Assembly (NCBI GenBank): GCA_905207515.1
Contig: CAJLLK010000002.1
Location: 1-56,592, forward strand
Source of the DNA: an uncultured Christensenella sp.
GTDB taxonomy: Bacteria; Bacillota; Clostridia; Christensenellales; UBA1242
Length of the DNA: 56,592 bases
Direction: 5' to 3'
A program made the translations under genes and the position numbers. Positions 1 through 11,300 of the stretch are shown piece after piece. The first letter of the stretch is position 1. Each line of letters begins with the position of its first letter. The notes under the pieces were generated by a model. It was given only the letters and a program-made list of their open reading frames with translations. It ran no database searches and was not told the DNA's origin.

Positions 1-3000
1 ATTTTCTATTGTTTCTTTGCGATATGTTTTTTGAGTGCCGGAATTTTCACTTTAAATCAAACACAGCGCATTGCAAAAGCTGAAGATGTTTCAAGCGTGG
101 AGATCGAAAACGACGACCTGCCCGTTTATTTTTCTGTTGAGGACCTTATTGATGACGGAAGCTCTGAAACCGCCGATCAACCAAACGCAAGCAGTTTGAT
201 TTCTGGCGACACCTTCATGTTTTTTGAAGAAGGCACAAACAAAAATTATCTCAGATTATCTCTTTTGATGAACGAAGACGGAAACACAACCGAAGATATT
301 TACAAATGGGTTTATTATCCTGACGAAACAAACCAAAGAGTTTTTTATTTCTACAGCATCTCTGCCGTAAGCTTGCATATCAATGGAGTTTCTCAAAACA
401 TCACCATGGGTGACTATGTGAGATCAAGCGAACTTTCTTTTCCAAACATGGAATCTTCAGTTTATTTGGAAGGCTTTGAAATGATTTTCAACAAAGATGG
501 TCAAAACGGGTCTGAAAGCAATGCCATTTCAATCATGGACGGAAACGAAGTCGTTGAAGGTGTTTACACTGTTTCACTTACATACACTCTCTACGCCTGC
601 ACCGACGGTGGTCAAACTTTGGAAGAACGCGAAATCACCGACATTGCCACTCCAACAATTGAATATAGCTTTTATGTGACCAGCCGTGATGATTATTTTC
701 TTGACGGCAGACCAGTTGTGAGCTACGACAACTTTGACCACAACATTCCACTTGCAAATCAAACCACAGCTTATTATCTCTATAGCAACTATTCTTCAAA
801 AGGCACAACCGCCGATGATGCTTACAACATCCCTTATGTCGAATATGACTACACACGTTTTGAAGCCGAAGTAACCAAAGACATCTCAGGAATTTCCACA
901 ACAACAAATTTGCTTTTTGACAAAGACAGTTTGAGTGGACTCAGCTCAGCCCCTGTTCTTATGCAAGGCGAAGAAATTGTTGAGTTCTCTTTAGACATCG
1001 AAAATCACATTTGCCGAGTTTATTTCATTGACGTTGGAGACTATACCATTTCACTGAATGCAATTCAACTTGTCGATTTCAACCTTGGCGACAGCGTTCA
1101 CGAGTGGAGAAAATATGTCCTGACCGCCATGACAAATCAAACAAAAGATATCAATGTGTTTATGTTTGGTTATCAAGCAAAATATTCAGATGTGGACGGC
1201 GAACTCGATGAAAACAACAACAATCCACTGAGCGAACTTAAAGAATACAACACAACCACTGGCAAATTTGAGAACAGTGCAGACATCACCAGCGAATTTT
1301 TAAATTCAGATCCTAGTTTTTCTCAAAACAATGCAGATGAGACGTTTGTTGTCAGAAATGTGTTGAACTACATAAACAACAACGACATTCAACCGCAAAA
1401 AACAAACCAAACACCAATCAACTTTTCTGCAAACGCCACACTCAACACCAGCAACAGCACAATCTATTCCACAACACGAGTTTCTGACGCCTACACTCCA
1501 TACAACAACGGCAACCTGCACGGTGCTCAACTTTATTCCACATCCTTCAATGGCAGAGCTAGTGGCACTGAAGGGACTTATCTTTACATAATTTCTTACA
1601 CTTACGACAATTATTACGACACAGAAGCCGAACCAAACAGAAGCAAGCGTTTCTATCAAGTGTTCTATTTTGAACTTTCTTACACCCTGCCGACAGTCAG
1701 CATAAAAACTGCACCAGAAGAAGAAACAATTGCACCAATTGTTGTTTCTGACAATTCCTTCGTTAATCAAAAAGTTGTTATTGATGATTTAACAAGTGGC
1801 ACACCTTTCAACAAAGATATCACAGTGCAAATTTATGCTTGGGATTATAACAACGACACTTGGCTGACTGGTTATGGTGGAAACAACGGAATAAGTTTGG
1901 ACGCAATTGAAAGCAAAACTTTGAATGAAGACGCACGATATACCATAAGACTTTATTACACAAGTGAAATCACCGCTTCCAACATTTTGTATGACACAAC
2001 AGAGCTGGCATATTTCAGAGGAATAACTTTCACAATTGACCGAAGTTCAATTTCAAATGTAGAAGCAAGAAATGTTACTCAAATCGTTGGCACAAACAAC
2101 TATCAAATCGGCTCAGCAATCTCTTCATTCTCAACAAATCAAAATATGATTGTTCAGTGGACTGAAAAGAACAGTGGTGCTCCAATTTCTGTGCATTACA
2201 GATATTTCAGTTTGAATGAAGCAAATTATTACAGCAGCGAAGCGACAAATGTTTCTAGCTTGATTTCAAGCATGTTGATGTCTCTTCAAACATCTTATTT
2301 GCCTGTGAATTATGTTTTGAACATGAGCACTGACAACAACATTTGGAGACCTTACAATGTAAGTCCAAATTTGCAAAATGGCACCATTGAATCTGAATAC
2401 GTCTTCACTGACCCAGGGCTTTATCTGTTTGATTTGCACGACGAAGCAGGAAATCACACTTATCAAGTTTTCATGATAGACAACACTGCACCTGTCTTTG
2501 CCATCCACGATGATATCGACGGTTATCAATTGACAAGCACTTCAATGTATGTGGCAAATGAATCTACGCTCTATTGGTCTCAAAACAAAGCCATTTATGT
2601 GGCAAACTTTGACACACTGCAATTCAACTCTTCTTACAACTCTGAAAATATTGACCAATATAAAGACCTTTTGGCTTCTTATGACTTATATAAAGATTAC
2701 AGCGGAAATGTCGCAACAGGAATTTTCAAAATTTTGTATGACACACTGTGGAACAACGACTTTTTGGAAATGATTTCATGTGCAGTTATGCCTGGAAGTC
2801 AAGTTTCAAATCTTATTCCAAGCTATCAAGGTTATTATGTCACAGTTCCTATTAACCCAGTTTCATATTACAGCGACGACTCGACTGGTTATCAAATGCA
2901 AAACAATGTTTTCAGCAGAGAGTTGTCGGTCGAAGGCGAATACACCTACAATGTTTTAATTCGCGACCTTTCCAACACACGTTTTGTTGTAGGCAGTGAA

Positions 3001-6000
3001 AGTGACCCGACCGCAATGGTGCACTACACAACCTACAGCAGTGCAAGACAGACCATCATTGTCAGTCACGACTCTTCTCATTTTGTTGTTCAATACACCG
3101 CCAACGATGGAAGCGTGGTAGATTTGTCTTCAAACATTTTTGTTGAAGGCGAAACCGAAGGAGAGCCGACAAGAACAACATATCTCAGCCCTTCAAAAAT
3201 GGAAAAACTTTTTAATTTGAGCTACACTCCAACCGTTACCGATGGCGAAATTGAAATTCAAATTGACACCGTGACCGTCACATACTATCCTTTTGAAGCA
3301 AAAACTCAAACAGTAAACGGTTTGACTTATCATTATATCGGCATTTCAGAAAACGGCACAACTGACACAGCTTACAGCTTTGAAGAACATGGATCCAGCA
3401 CCGAAGCAAGAACCTATCCGCTGAGACCTGACGCAAATAACTATACGACAGAAGGAAAATATGTCATAACTCGAACCTATTTAGTCAATGACCAATATGA
3501 CTATAACGAAAATGACTATTTTGAACGAACATTTGTGCTTTATGTGGACAGAAACGAAGTTATTTCTCCTGCAGTTTCCAGAACAGATGAAAACGGCACA
3601 CATTTGGAAAGTTTGGTCGGTGGTGACATCTTCATAGCCGCCTATGACAACGGAATTTACTCAGATTTGGTTGTCACATTCCCAAACAGTGAAGGAGCAA
3701 ATTCAGACGGCTCACACTTGCACAACGACGGAACGCCAAGAGTTGTTTTGACAACCAACATGCTTCCTGTGAATGTCTATGTTCCACAATATAAATACAC
3801 ATCTTATGTTCAAAAGATAAATGATGCCGACGGCTATCACTTTGAAGTGGTAAACACCCCGGACAATTATTATTTTGAAAACACTCAAATCAGAGAATAT
3901 GCATTGTTTGCCGAGATTTACAAAGACGGACAGGCTTCTTCAAATCTGATCGCTCGAACGTCAACCAATTTTGCCAATCCAACACTTGACACAATCACAA
4001 GCGAAAACGGCTTTTTGGATTTTTACACTTCAAATGGCGAAAAACTCACATATCTTTCTGAAGCTGGCACCTATTATGTGACAATCTATCAAGGAAGATT
4101 TGGCGACCAGAAAGGTGCAGGAAACGAAAACGATTTTGAGCAATCTATGACCTTCAGTTTTGTGATTGAAAGCACTGACCCAGACTTTTATGCTCAAACG
4201 ACAACCGGAACTGATTTGAAAACTGAAATTCTCAATGAGGGCGCACAAAATGAGTTGGAAGTTTATCACACAAATCAATCTAACATCAACTTGATTTGGG
4301 AAGCTGGCAGCAAATTCATGACCGAGATTGACATAGATGAAATCAGTTTTGCCACAAGTTCTGGAGCCAATTATGTTTACAAAGATTTCCCTGAAGCATT
4401 CGCCGGCGAACCAGTTTTAAACGACGGACTTTATATTGGTCAACTTGACCTGACCGCACTTGGAGTTTATCGAAACAACGCCTATGTTGATGTGACAATG
4501 AGATATAAAAACGACGACGGAACTTTCTATAACCCAGTGACAAAGCGAATTTTTGTTGACCTTTCAGCACCTAGTGCAAACATTCAAACCTTGGTTGGAA
4601 ATGCGTTGTCTGGCAACATAAGCGTGATGACAGAAAACGCTTTGAGAACCTATTACACCGCTCAAGAAGGTCAAATCGCGACATCACTCGACAACACAAG
4701 CTACAACATCAGCAACAATTCAGGCATTTTTGCTTATTATTCTTACACTGTGACGCCAGACTTCTTGAACACTTTGAAAGCAACCACTGGTGTCGACCGA
4801 ATTTATGTCAGAGAATTTGTTGACGAACTTGGAAATTCAACAAAATATAATCCAAACTACACACAAGAAACCGAAGTGTCTGATTTCATTGCCACAAGAT
4901 TTACAGATTTAAATACCTTCAACGCTTTCAACTTAAACAGTTATTACGAAATTGTTGAAACAGACCTTGCTGGGAACATGACAATCTACACAATCTTCGT
5001 CTCTGACCTGACTGATGAAAGCACAAGTTTGATTACCCTTTCAAATGGAAATGAGGCTGAAGATGTAAATTATACCATCGGAGATTACAACCAAGTTTTG
5101 TCATACACAAATGCCATTCACAACATCTATGCAACAACTGGATATCAAATTGAAAACATCAATTTCTTTGGTGACGAATGGGCACAGATACGTCTTTTGA
5201 CAAGAGATGCAAACGGAACTGAAAGTTCAAGAACATTGATGCTCACCCCTTGGGACAAAGAAAATGCTTATGCTTTTGTAGGTTCAAATTACACAACAAT
5301 TGCCATCAGCGACTTGATTGACGGCTCGACAAGTTCACGATATAAAAACATTTTGACAATCTACAATCGCATTTCTCGCAGTTCTGCAGATTTTTATATC
5401 AACATAAGAAACACAAGTTTTGATGCAAACTTAACAAACCAACAAAATCAAGAATATATTCAATTTTCTCAACCAAGTGATGCGGCAATTCAAGACACAC
5501 GTTACAGTTCAACCTATTTGACATACTTAAGAATTACCGCTCCAACAGAAGGCTTGTTGATTTACGAACAAGAAAACAAATTGGGCTATGCCAGCCTTTG
5601 GACACCAGACACAAGCAACAATGTTGTTGTGACCGCAAATGCAACAGCTGGAACAATCATGTTTGCAATAAATCCAGAGTTGAATTTTGAAGCCAACACC
5701 AGAATTGTCTATGAATATAGAGATAACTATGGCAGAGAATACACCGAAATTCATCTTTACAACGAAACAATCATTCCTCAAGAAGTGGAAGGTGGCGAAG
5801 ATTTATATTCTTATTATGACAACAGCGGAACATTGTTCTACATCACAAGAGACGAATTTAGATATAACTTCAACCCTGAAAAATATGCTGTTCACATCTA
5901 CGAACTTGCAGATAGCGAAGAGGACGAGAGAGGCTTGGAAGTTGCAAATCAAAACAACACTACAAACATTCAAAATCCAAGCACAAGAGCATATTTCAGT

Positions 6001-8253
6001 TCTGACAGCAGCCGTGGTTACACAACTCTGACAATTCACAACCTGCAAACTCAACCTTATAACAACAAATTTGTCATCTATGTATACGATGTCACAAATC
6101 AAGAAGGCGAAGAAGTTAAGAAAATTTACTTCCAGCTTTACAACCAATTGCCAATGGCAAACTATGGCGACCAAAACAACACCACTGGGCAATTCAAAAT
6201 CACTGATGCAAATTCAAGAAACATCACTGAAGATATTGTTCCGCAAGACGGCTCTGAAGCCAGCTCAGGTTATTTCTCAGAAGTAAGAATTTTGTTCGCT
6301 CTAAATGAAACAAACTTCATTCCAATCAAATATTCAATCAGCACAGACCAAATTGAGTGGACAGAAATAACTTCTGGCACCCAGCTTCGATGTCAATCGG
6401 ACGAAATGGAAACATATTATCTCAAGATTTGGTATGACGAAATTTATCTTCGAAACGAATATGGAAACACACAATATGTCTTTGGAAATGTTCCAGAAAG
6501 TCAAATTTATCAATTCAATCTGTCGTCACTCACTGCAACTTATTGGCTCGAAAACACTCTCGACGGCAGCATAATTGAAAGAAATGACACAGTTTACACA
6601 AATCCTAATGGAAGAGAATTTACAAATCATTATCTGGTGAATGTAAGTTATGAAAACAAAGATGTCATTCAAATCAAAACCAATGAAGAGCTTGGCATTC
6701 GCGCCATTCTTCAAACTCCAACAGCCTATGATGATGACACAGAGACTTCGGTTAAATCTGAATGGTGGAAAATCACAAACAGATACGATGAAACCGGTGC
6801 ACCTGTCGATTTGGAAGGCATTCCTGCTTTTGAAACTGACATCATCATCACATACATTCCAAACACCGATGACTTTGTGAAAACTTTCTACACTTACAAT
6901 TTAAACGGTGTGATAGACACTTCGGAAAACTTGTTAAATTTGACGTCCAAGAGTTTGGTGATAAATGAAAATTATGCCAGCCTAAACACAATCGAACTTC
7001 AGTGGTCAAAATATTATGGCATTCCACAAAATGAAATTCACATCACACTTGTCAAAGATGGAATCACACTTGACCCAACTGAATATACAAGAAGAGTTCA
7101 AAATCAAGATGGTTCGATTGACACTTACAACTACATCTATCTCACTCATTCAGGCAAATACACCATAACGCTTGAAGACTCTTCAGGAAATGTTCAGACT
7201 TTCAACAAAGGAAACGCAGGGCAATCAAATTCGTTGACATTTATCTTCTTGAAAGATGTTCCATTCACAATGACTTACACAAATCCACTCACGGGTCAGG
7301 AAGAAACTTCAACACCAATCAAACAGGCAGTTTACAACGGCAATGTGACAATCAGAATTGACCGTTCGACAAGAAATGAATTCTATGCGTTAAATGGCTA
7401 TCCTGTTATCAGCGCAAAGCGAAACGGCGAAGATTATGAAGTGAGAAATGTTGAAGACGCAACCTATGTGTTCACGGAACCTGGCTATTATGAAGTTTCA
7501 TTCACAGCGACGAGCAACCTGCCAAACGTCGGCACAATCAGACAGGAAACCTATCAATTTTCGATTATAGACCCGAATGAACACAGATATTCTTACATCT
7601 ACAACAGATATTCAAACTATTATGTTGAGCAAGTTTTGAAAGACGGCGTTGACATCACAGAAAACCTTACAAGAACGCTTGACGTTTCAACAATCACAAT
7701 CAATCAACATGAATATATGACACAGTTGCCATTGTCATATCTCGACGAAAAGACCGGCGCTGGAACATATATGATAACAATCAACTCCAACGACAGATTT
7801 TATAGAAACTCTTCAATCAAAACAACTTTCACCTACCAAGTTATCATTCAATCAGGCAACGCTCCACTGAGAATATCTTTACCAGAAGGTCAAGAGACCA
7901 CAAGCACCATAAATGTGACATTCAATCAAGCAAATGTCTATGAAGAAATGGGAAAATGCACAATCAGAATTGTTTCTTACAACGACCTTGACCAAATGGT
8001 GATTTATCGAAACAATGTTTACAACATCGATGAAACAAGCACTGGGCAAATTTCTGCTGATATCACAGACCGCGGAACATATTACATTCAAATTGTCACA
8101 AACAACGGTGAAAACGTGTTGTTCAGCTATAAGGTTGTGAAAAACAACCCAATGAACGCTGCATCAATCATTGCAATTGTGATTTCCGTTTTAGTTGCGA
8201 TTGTTGTGATAATCATCATTGTGAAATTGAGAAAACGTATTGCTGTCAAGTAA
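1..8253 (+). CDS. Giant cell-surface protein, 5'-partial (>=2750 aa), tail-anchored by a C-terminal TM helix
   Basis: Frame 1 is open from nt 1. It begins IFYCFFAICFLSAGIF, which looks like the hydrophobic core of a signal peptide, so the true start lies just upstream of the window. The ORF runs 8.2 kb without a stop in AT-rich DNA. Composition is acidic and N/T/S/Y-rich. Motifs typical of tandem Ig-like modules recur: D-x-AGN/SGN (nt 2431-2457, 4960-4980, 7171-7200) and DNTAP / DLSAP boundaries. The C-terminus is a TM helix AASIIAIVISVLVAIVVIIIIV (8158..8223) followed by the tail KLRKRIAVK. No LPXTG motif. Confidence 0.85.
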   Translation: MFYCFFAICFLSAGIFTLNQTQRIAKAEDVSSVEIENDDLPVYFSVEDLIDDGSSETADQPNASSLISGDTFMFFEEGTNKNYLRLSLLMNEDGNTTEDIYKWVYYPDETNQRVFYFYSISAVSLHINGVSQNITMGDYVRSSELSFPNMESSVYLEGFEMIFNKDGQNGSESNAISIMDGNEVVEGVYTVSLTYTLYACTDGGQTLEEREITDIATPTIEYSFYVTSRDDYFLDGRPVVSYDNFDHNIPLANQTTAYYLYSNYSSKGTTADDAYNIPYVEYDYTRFEAEVTKDISGISTTTNLLFDKDSLSGLSSAPVLMQGEEIVEFSLDIENHICRVYFIDVGDYTISLNAIQLVDFNLGDSVHEWRKYVLTAMTNQTKDINVFMFGYQAKYSDVDGELDENNNNPLSELKEYNTTTGKFENSADITSEFLNSDPSFSQNNADETFVVRNVLNYINNNDIQPQKTNQTPINFSANATLNTSNSTIYSTTRVSDAYTPYNNGNLHGAQLYSTSFNGRASGTEGTYLYIISYTYDNYYDTEAEPNRSKRFYQVFYFELSYTLPTVSIKTAPEEETIAPIVVSDNSFVNQKVVIDDLTSGTPFNKDITVQIYAWDYNNDTWLTGYGGNNGISLDAIESKTLNEDARYTIRLYYTSEITASNILYDTTELAYFRGITFTIDRSSISNVEARNVTQIVGTNNYQIGSAISSFSTNQNMIVQWTEKNSGAPISVHYRYFSLNEANYYSSEATNVSSLISSMLMSLQTSYLPVNYVLNMSTDNNIWRPYNVSPNLQNGTIESEYVFTDPGLYLFDLHDEAGNHTYQVFMIDNTAPVFAIHDDIDGYQLTSTSMYVANESTLYWSQNKAIYVANFDTLQFNSSYNSENIDQYKDLLASYDLYKDYSGNVATGIFKILYDTLWNNDFLEMISCAVMPGSQVSNLIPSYQGYYVTVPINPVSYYSDDSTGYQMQNNVFSRELSVEGEYTYNVLIRDLSNTRFVVGSESDPTAMVHYTTYSSARQTIIVSHDSSHFVVQYTANDGSVVDLSSNIFVEGETEGEPTRTTYLSPSKMEKLFNLSYTPTVTDGEIEIQIDTVTVTYYPFEAKTQTVNGLTYHYIGISENGTTDTAYSFEEHGSSTEARTYPLRPDANNYTTEGKYVITRTYLVNDQYDYNENDYFERTFVLYVDRNEVISPAVSRTDENGTHLESLVGGDIFIAAYDNGIYSDLVVTFPNSEGANSDGSHLHNDGTPRVVLTTNMLPVNVYVPQYKYTSYVQKINDADGYHFEVVNTPDNYYFENTQIREYALFAEIYKDGQASSNLIARTSTNFANPTLDTITSENGFLDFYTSNGEKLTYLSEAGTYYVTIYQGRFGDQKGAGNENDFEQSMTFSFVIESTDPDFYAQTTTGTDLKTEILNEGAQNELEVYHTNQSNINLIWEAGSKFMTEIDIDEISFATSSGANYVYKDFPEAFAGEPVLNDGLYIGQLDLTALGVYRNNAYVDVTMRYKNDDGTFYNPVTKRIFVDLSAPSANIQTLVGNALSGNISVMTENALRTYYTAQEGQIATSLDNTSYNISNNSGIFAYYSYTVTPDFLNTLKATTGVDRIYVREFVDELGNSTKYNPNYTQETEVSDFIATRFTDLNTFNAFNLNSYYEIVETDLAGNMTIYTIFVSDLTDESTSLITLSNGNEAEDVNYTIGDYNQVLSYTNAIHNIYATTGYQIENINFFGDEWAQIRLLTRDANGTESSRTLMLTPWDKENAYAFVGSNYTTIAISDLIDGSTSSRYKNILTIYNRISRSSADFYINIRNTSFDANLTNQQNQEYIQFSQPSDAAIQDTRYSSTYLTYLRITAPTEGLLIYEQENKLGYASLWTPDTSNNVVVTANATAGTIMFAINPELNFEANTRIVYEYRDNYGREYTEIHLYNETIIPQEVEGGEDLYSYYDNSGTLFYITRDEFRYNFNPEKYAVHIYELADSEEDERGLEVANQNNTTNIQNPSTRAYFSSDSSRGYTTLTIHNLQTQPYNNKFVIYVYDVTNQEGEEVKKIYFQLYNQLPMANYGDQNNTTGQFKITDANSRNITEDIVPQDGSEASSGYFSEVRILFALNETNFIPIKYSISTDQIEWTEITSGTQLRCQSDEMETYYLKIWYDEIYLRNEYGNTQYVFGNVPESQIYQFNLSSLTATYWLENTLDGSIIERNDTVYTNPNGREFTNHYLVNVSYENKDVIQIKTNEELGIRAILQTPTAYDDDTETSVKSEWWKITNRYDETGAPVDLEGIPAFETDIIITYIPNTDDFVKTFYTYNLNGVIDTSENLLNLTSKSLVINENYASLNTIELQWSKYYGIPQNEIHITLVKDGITLDPTEYTRRVQNQDGSIDTYNYIYLTHSGKYTITLEDSSGNVQTFNKGNAGQSNSLTFIFLKDVPFTMTYTNPLTGQEETSTPIKQAVYNGNVTIRIDRSTRNEFYALNGYPVISAKRNGEDYEVRNVEDATYVFTEPGYYEVSFTATSNLPNVGTIRQETYQFSIIDPNEHRYSYIYNRYSNYYVEQVLKDGVDITENLTRTLDVSTITINQHEYMTQLPLSYLDEKTGAGTYMITINSNDRFYRNSSIKTTFTYQVIIQSGNAPLRISLPEGQETTSTINVTFNQANVYEEMGKCTIRIVSYNDLDQMVIYRNNVYNIDETSTGQISADITDRGTYYIQIVTNNGENVLFSYKVVKNNPMNAASIIAIVISVLVAIVVIIIIVKLRKRIAVK

Positions 8254-8272
8254 CAAGCTGAAAATTAGCAAT

Positions 8273-8305
8273 AAAAAAAGACCTAAAATTTTAGGTCTTT
8301 TTTTT
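8273..8305. terminator. Bidirectional rho-independent terminator shared by the two convergent giant genes
   Basis: Perfect palindrome GACCTAAAATTTTAGGTC (8280..8297), flanked by an A7 run on one side and a T8 run on the other. Confidence 0.8.
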
Positions 8306-8309
8306 ATTT

Positions 8310-11300
8310 TTATTTCTTAAGTTCTTTGTCAAGCTTAACCTTTGAAACAATGAAGTAGATGATAACTCCGACAAGGACAAGAACAGAAATTACAATCAAA
8401 ATTGTTCCGATGATCTGATAAGTTCTTGTAGGGTCTGTCGATCTTGCAGTAACTTCAAAATCAAATGGATCGGCATCACTTACATTTCCAACAGCATCCT
8501 TGATTTCGATTGTCAATCTATAAGAACCAACTTCATCCAAAGTCACTGAATAGATCACACCGTCGGTTTCCATTTCGATTTCTTCGCCTGTTGAAGTGTT
8601 TGTCAAGGTAACAACATATTGTTCTCCAGCAGGAATTCCGCTGCCAACATCTGAAGCTGTGATCTTGCTTGTGTCTATTCTAAGTTGAGAACCTACAGTA
8701 TAAGAATCTTCCATAAAGTCATCTGGGAATGTCAATGTTGGTTTGATGTTGTCGCCCACAGCAATTGTATAAGTGCTTGTTGAAGAATTTCCGTTGTTGT
8801 CATAAACAGTGTATGTCACAGTGTAAGTTCCGTCCAAGATATTTCCATTGCTGGTTCTGAGTGTATAATCCCTATCTTCATTCAATCCGTTAAATGTTTG
8901 AGAACTTGAATCACCATTTGCCAAATTCCAAGACAAAACAACTCTAGAATCTGCAATATTCAAACCGCTTGCATCACTTCCTTGAATTGCATAGATTGTG
9001 ATTGTGCTGTTTGAGCCGTCTTCGTTTTCAGTTGAAATGTTTTCTGGATATTCATAAGCTGCAATTGTTGGTCCAACGTTGTCGTTTACAATAATTGTAT
9101 AAACATCGCTTGTCAAAACATATTCTCTAAGTTCGTCAAACCAAGTTGCAAGGTCTTCGATGCTCATGCCATTAAACAATGTTGTGTTATTAAGATCATC
9201 TACAGGTATATTTGAAGAGTCTAATAACTCAGCACTTCCATCTGTCTGCCTCAAGGTATAACTTTTCGCTGAGTCAGAACCAACAATTGAAAAGCCGCCA
9301 TCATTGTTGATTGTGACATTCATGTTTGTCGAGTTGTTAGAATTTGTGAACACAAAGAAGCCGCCGTCTTCATACTCACCAGTTACTGGATTGTAATCAC
9401 CCATTTCTTGATAAGTGAACATGTCTTTGTTATAAACTGTCATGTTTACTGTGTAATAAAGATCATATTCGCCAGTTTTTGTTGGTTTAAATGAACCTTG
9501 TTGCCCAAAAGATGTGCTATAATTTGTTGCTCTGCCATTTTCGTTTACGCCCATAACAACATAACCTACATCTTCATAATCATCTGGGTTTGCAACGTAT
9601 TTGTCATATGTCACACTGTTTGCAATTTGATAGCTAACTGATGGTGTTGGCAATTCAATTCCCACTTTTGGATCATAATTGCTGTCGCCGTCAAGCTCAA
9701 TTGTCTGACTTGTCAATGAAGTGCTGATAACTGGTGGTTGAATGATTGTTTTTCCAGTCACAGTATAGTTTGCAAATGCCACAACTGTTTTGTTTTTGCT
9801 GTCTTTTGCAACTATGCTTGCTTCATAATTTCCTGCCCATGCAGCCGTAAACTTTCCGCCGTAAACTGTGTAAGTTTTTGCAAAACTATCTCTATCTGCA
9901 CGGCTTTCATAAGAATAAACTTTAGTTTTTGTTGTTCCATTTACCAAGTAAACATTTACTTCAAAATCCATAAATTCAACTGCATCGTCTTTTACAGTCA
10001 AAGTTGGAAGTTCAATTTCATCGCCTTGTTCATATTCCATTTTAAATGAACCTTCGTCAGCATTTGAAATTGTGTTGAACACTGGTGGATTATTGTCATT
10101 TGTGTTTAAGATGTTGACAGTTTCACCATAAACATTGATATTTCCTTTATCATCATAGACATATGTGATGATTTGAAGTTTTACAGCAACTCTTTCGCTG
10201 TCAGCAACTTCGCTAAGGTCAATTGTGTAAGTTGATGCATCAACGTCAGTCAAATCAATGTAACCAGCGCCGTTTTGTGTGTAAAAATCTTCGTAAGTTG
10301 TTCTCAAATTCAACTGGTCATTTGCTGTTGCATTGCCAAGGTCTGTCCAAACTTCTTGCAAATTTTCAGTGGTTTTTGGATATCCGTCTTCGTCGTCAAC
10401 TTCAATATAATTGTTTGAGCTGTCAAGATAACGATACATCACTTTGACCAACATATTTGAATCATATGTGTCAGAAGCTGTTGGAGCGTCAAATGTGATG
10501 GTAGCTGTTGGCAAATAAGAATCTGCCAAAGTTGTAGGAAATCTCAATTCAGGCTTGTCATTATCTTGGAAAGAACCAATATACATTGGTCTTGAAACAT
10601 CAGATTCATTTCCTGCAGCGTCTCTTGCAATGTAGTGAATGTAATATTGTCCGCTGCCCATTCCGTCTGTGCCGGTTGAACCAAATGTTGAATCAACATC
10701 AAAATAAGCCAAACCTAAACCTGAAATTTGTTCTTCAGTTGCATTTTTAAGCCAATTGAGCATCTCATCAGCACTTGAAATTGTCACACCTTCGCCAAAG
10801 TTTAAAGTACTTCCAAACATTTCATAGATGCTTGCATAGTTTTTGTTGTCAACAGCAATCAAATAACCATGTCCATGCAACCATTCAAGCATTGCAGCAT
10901 CACTGCCAATGCTTCCAGCTTGTTTTCTGATGAGATAGTTATTTGCGAGCAAGTTTTCATAAGCTGCAGAAGAAGTTGTGCTTGCATAATTGAACACCAA
11001 ATTCCATTCGTCATAGTCATTGATTGTGAGTCTGACAGTTGTGTCGTCGGTCATAATTCTTCTGACAAGTTCAGCATCTTCAGCTGTTGAAACATTGTCA
11101 TCAATGCCAATAGCGTAAACGACTACTGAATTTGGAACAGAACGAGATGCAAGTTTGTAGGTTTCATTTTTGATTTCTTCGCCTTCGTCAAGTTCTACTG
11201 AAGCGTCATAGATGATTGGTGTTGGAGCTTGTTGGTCTTCAACATTTGTAAATTCATAGAAACCAATGCTTGAAGTTGCCGTGTTTTTATAGAAGTCTCT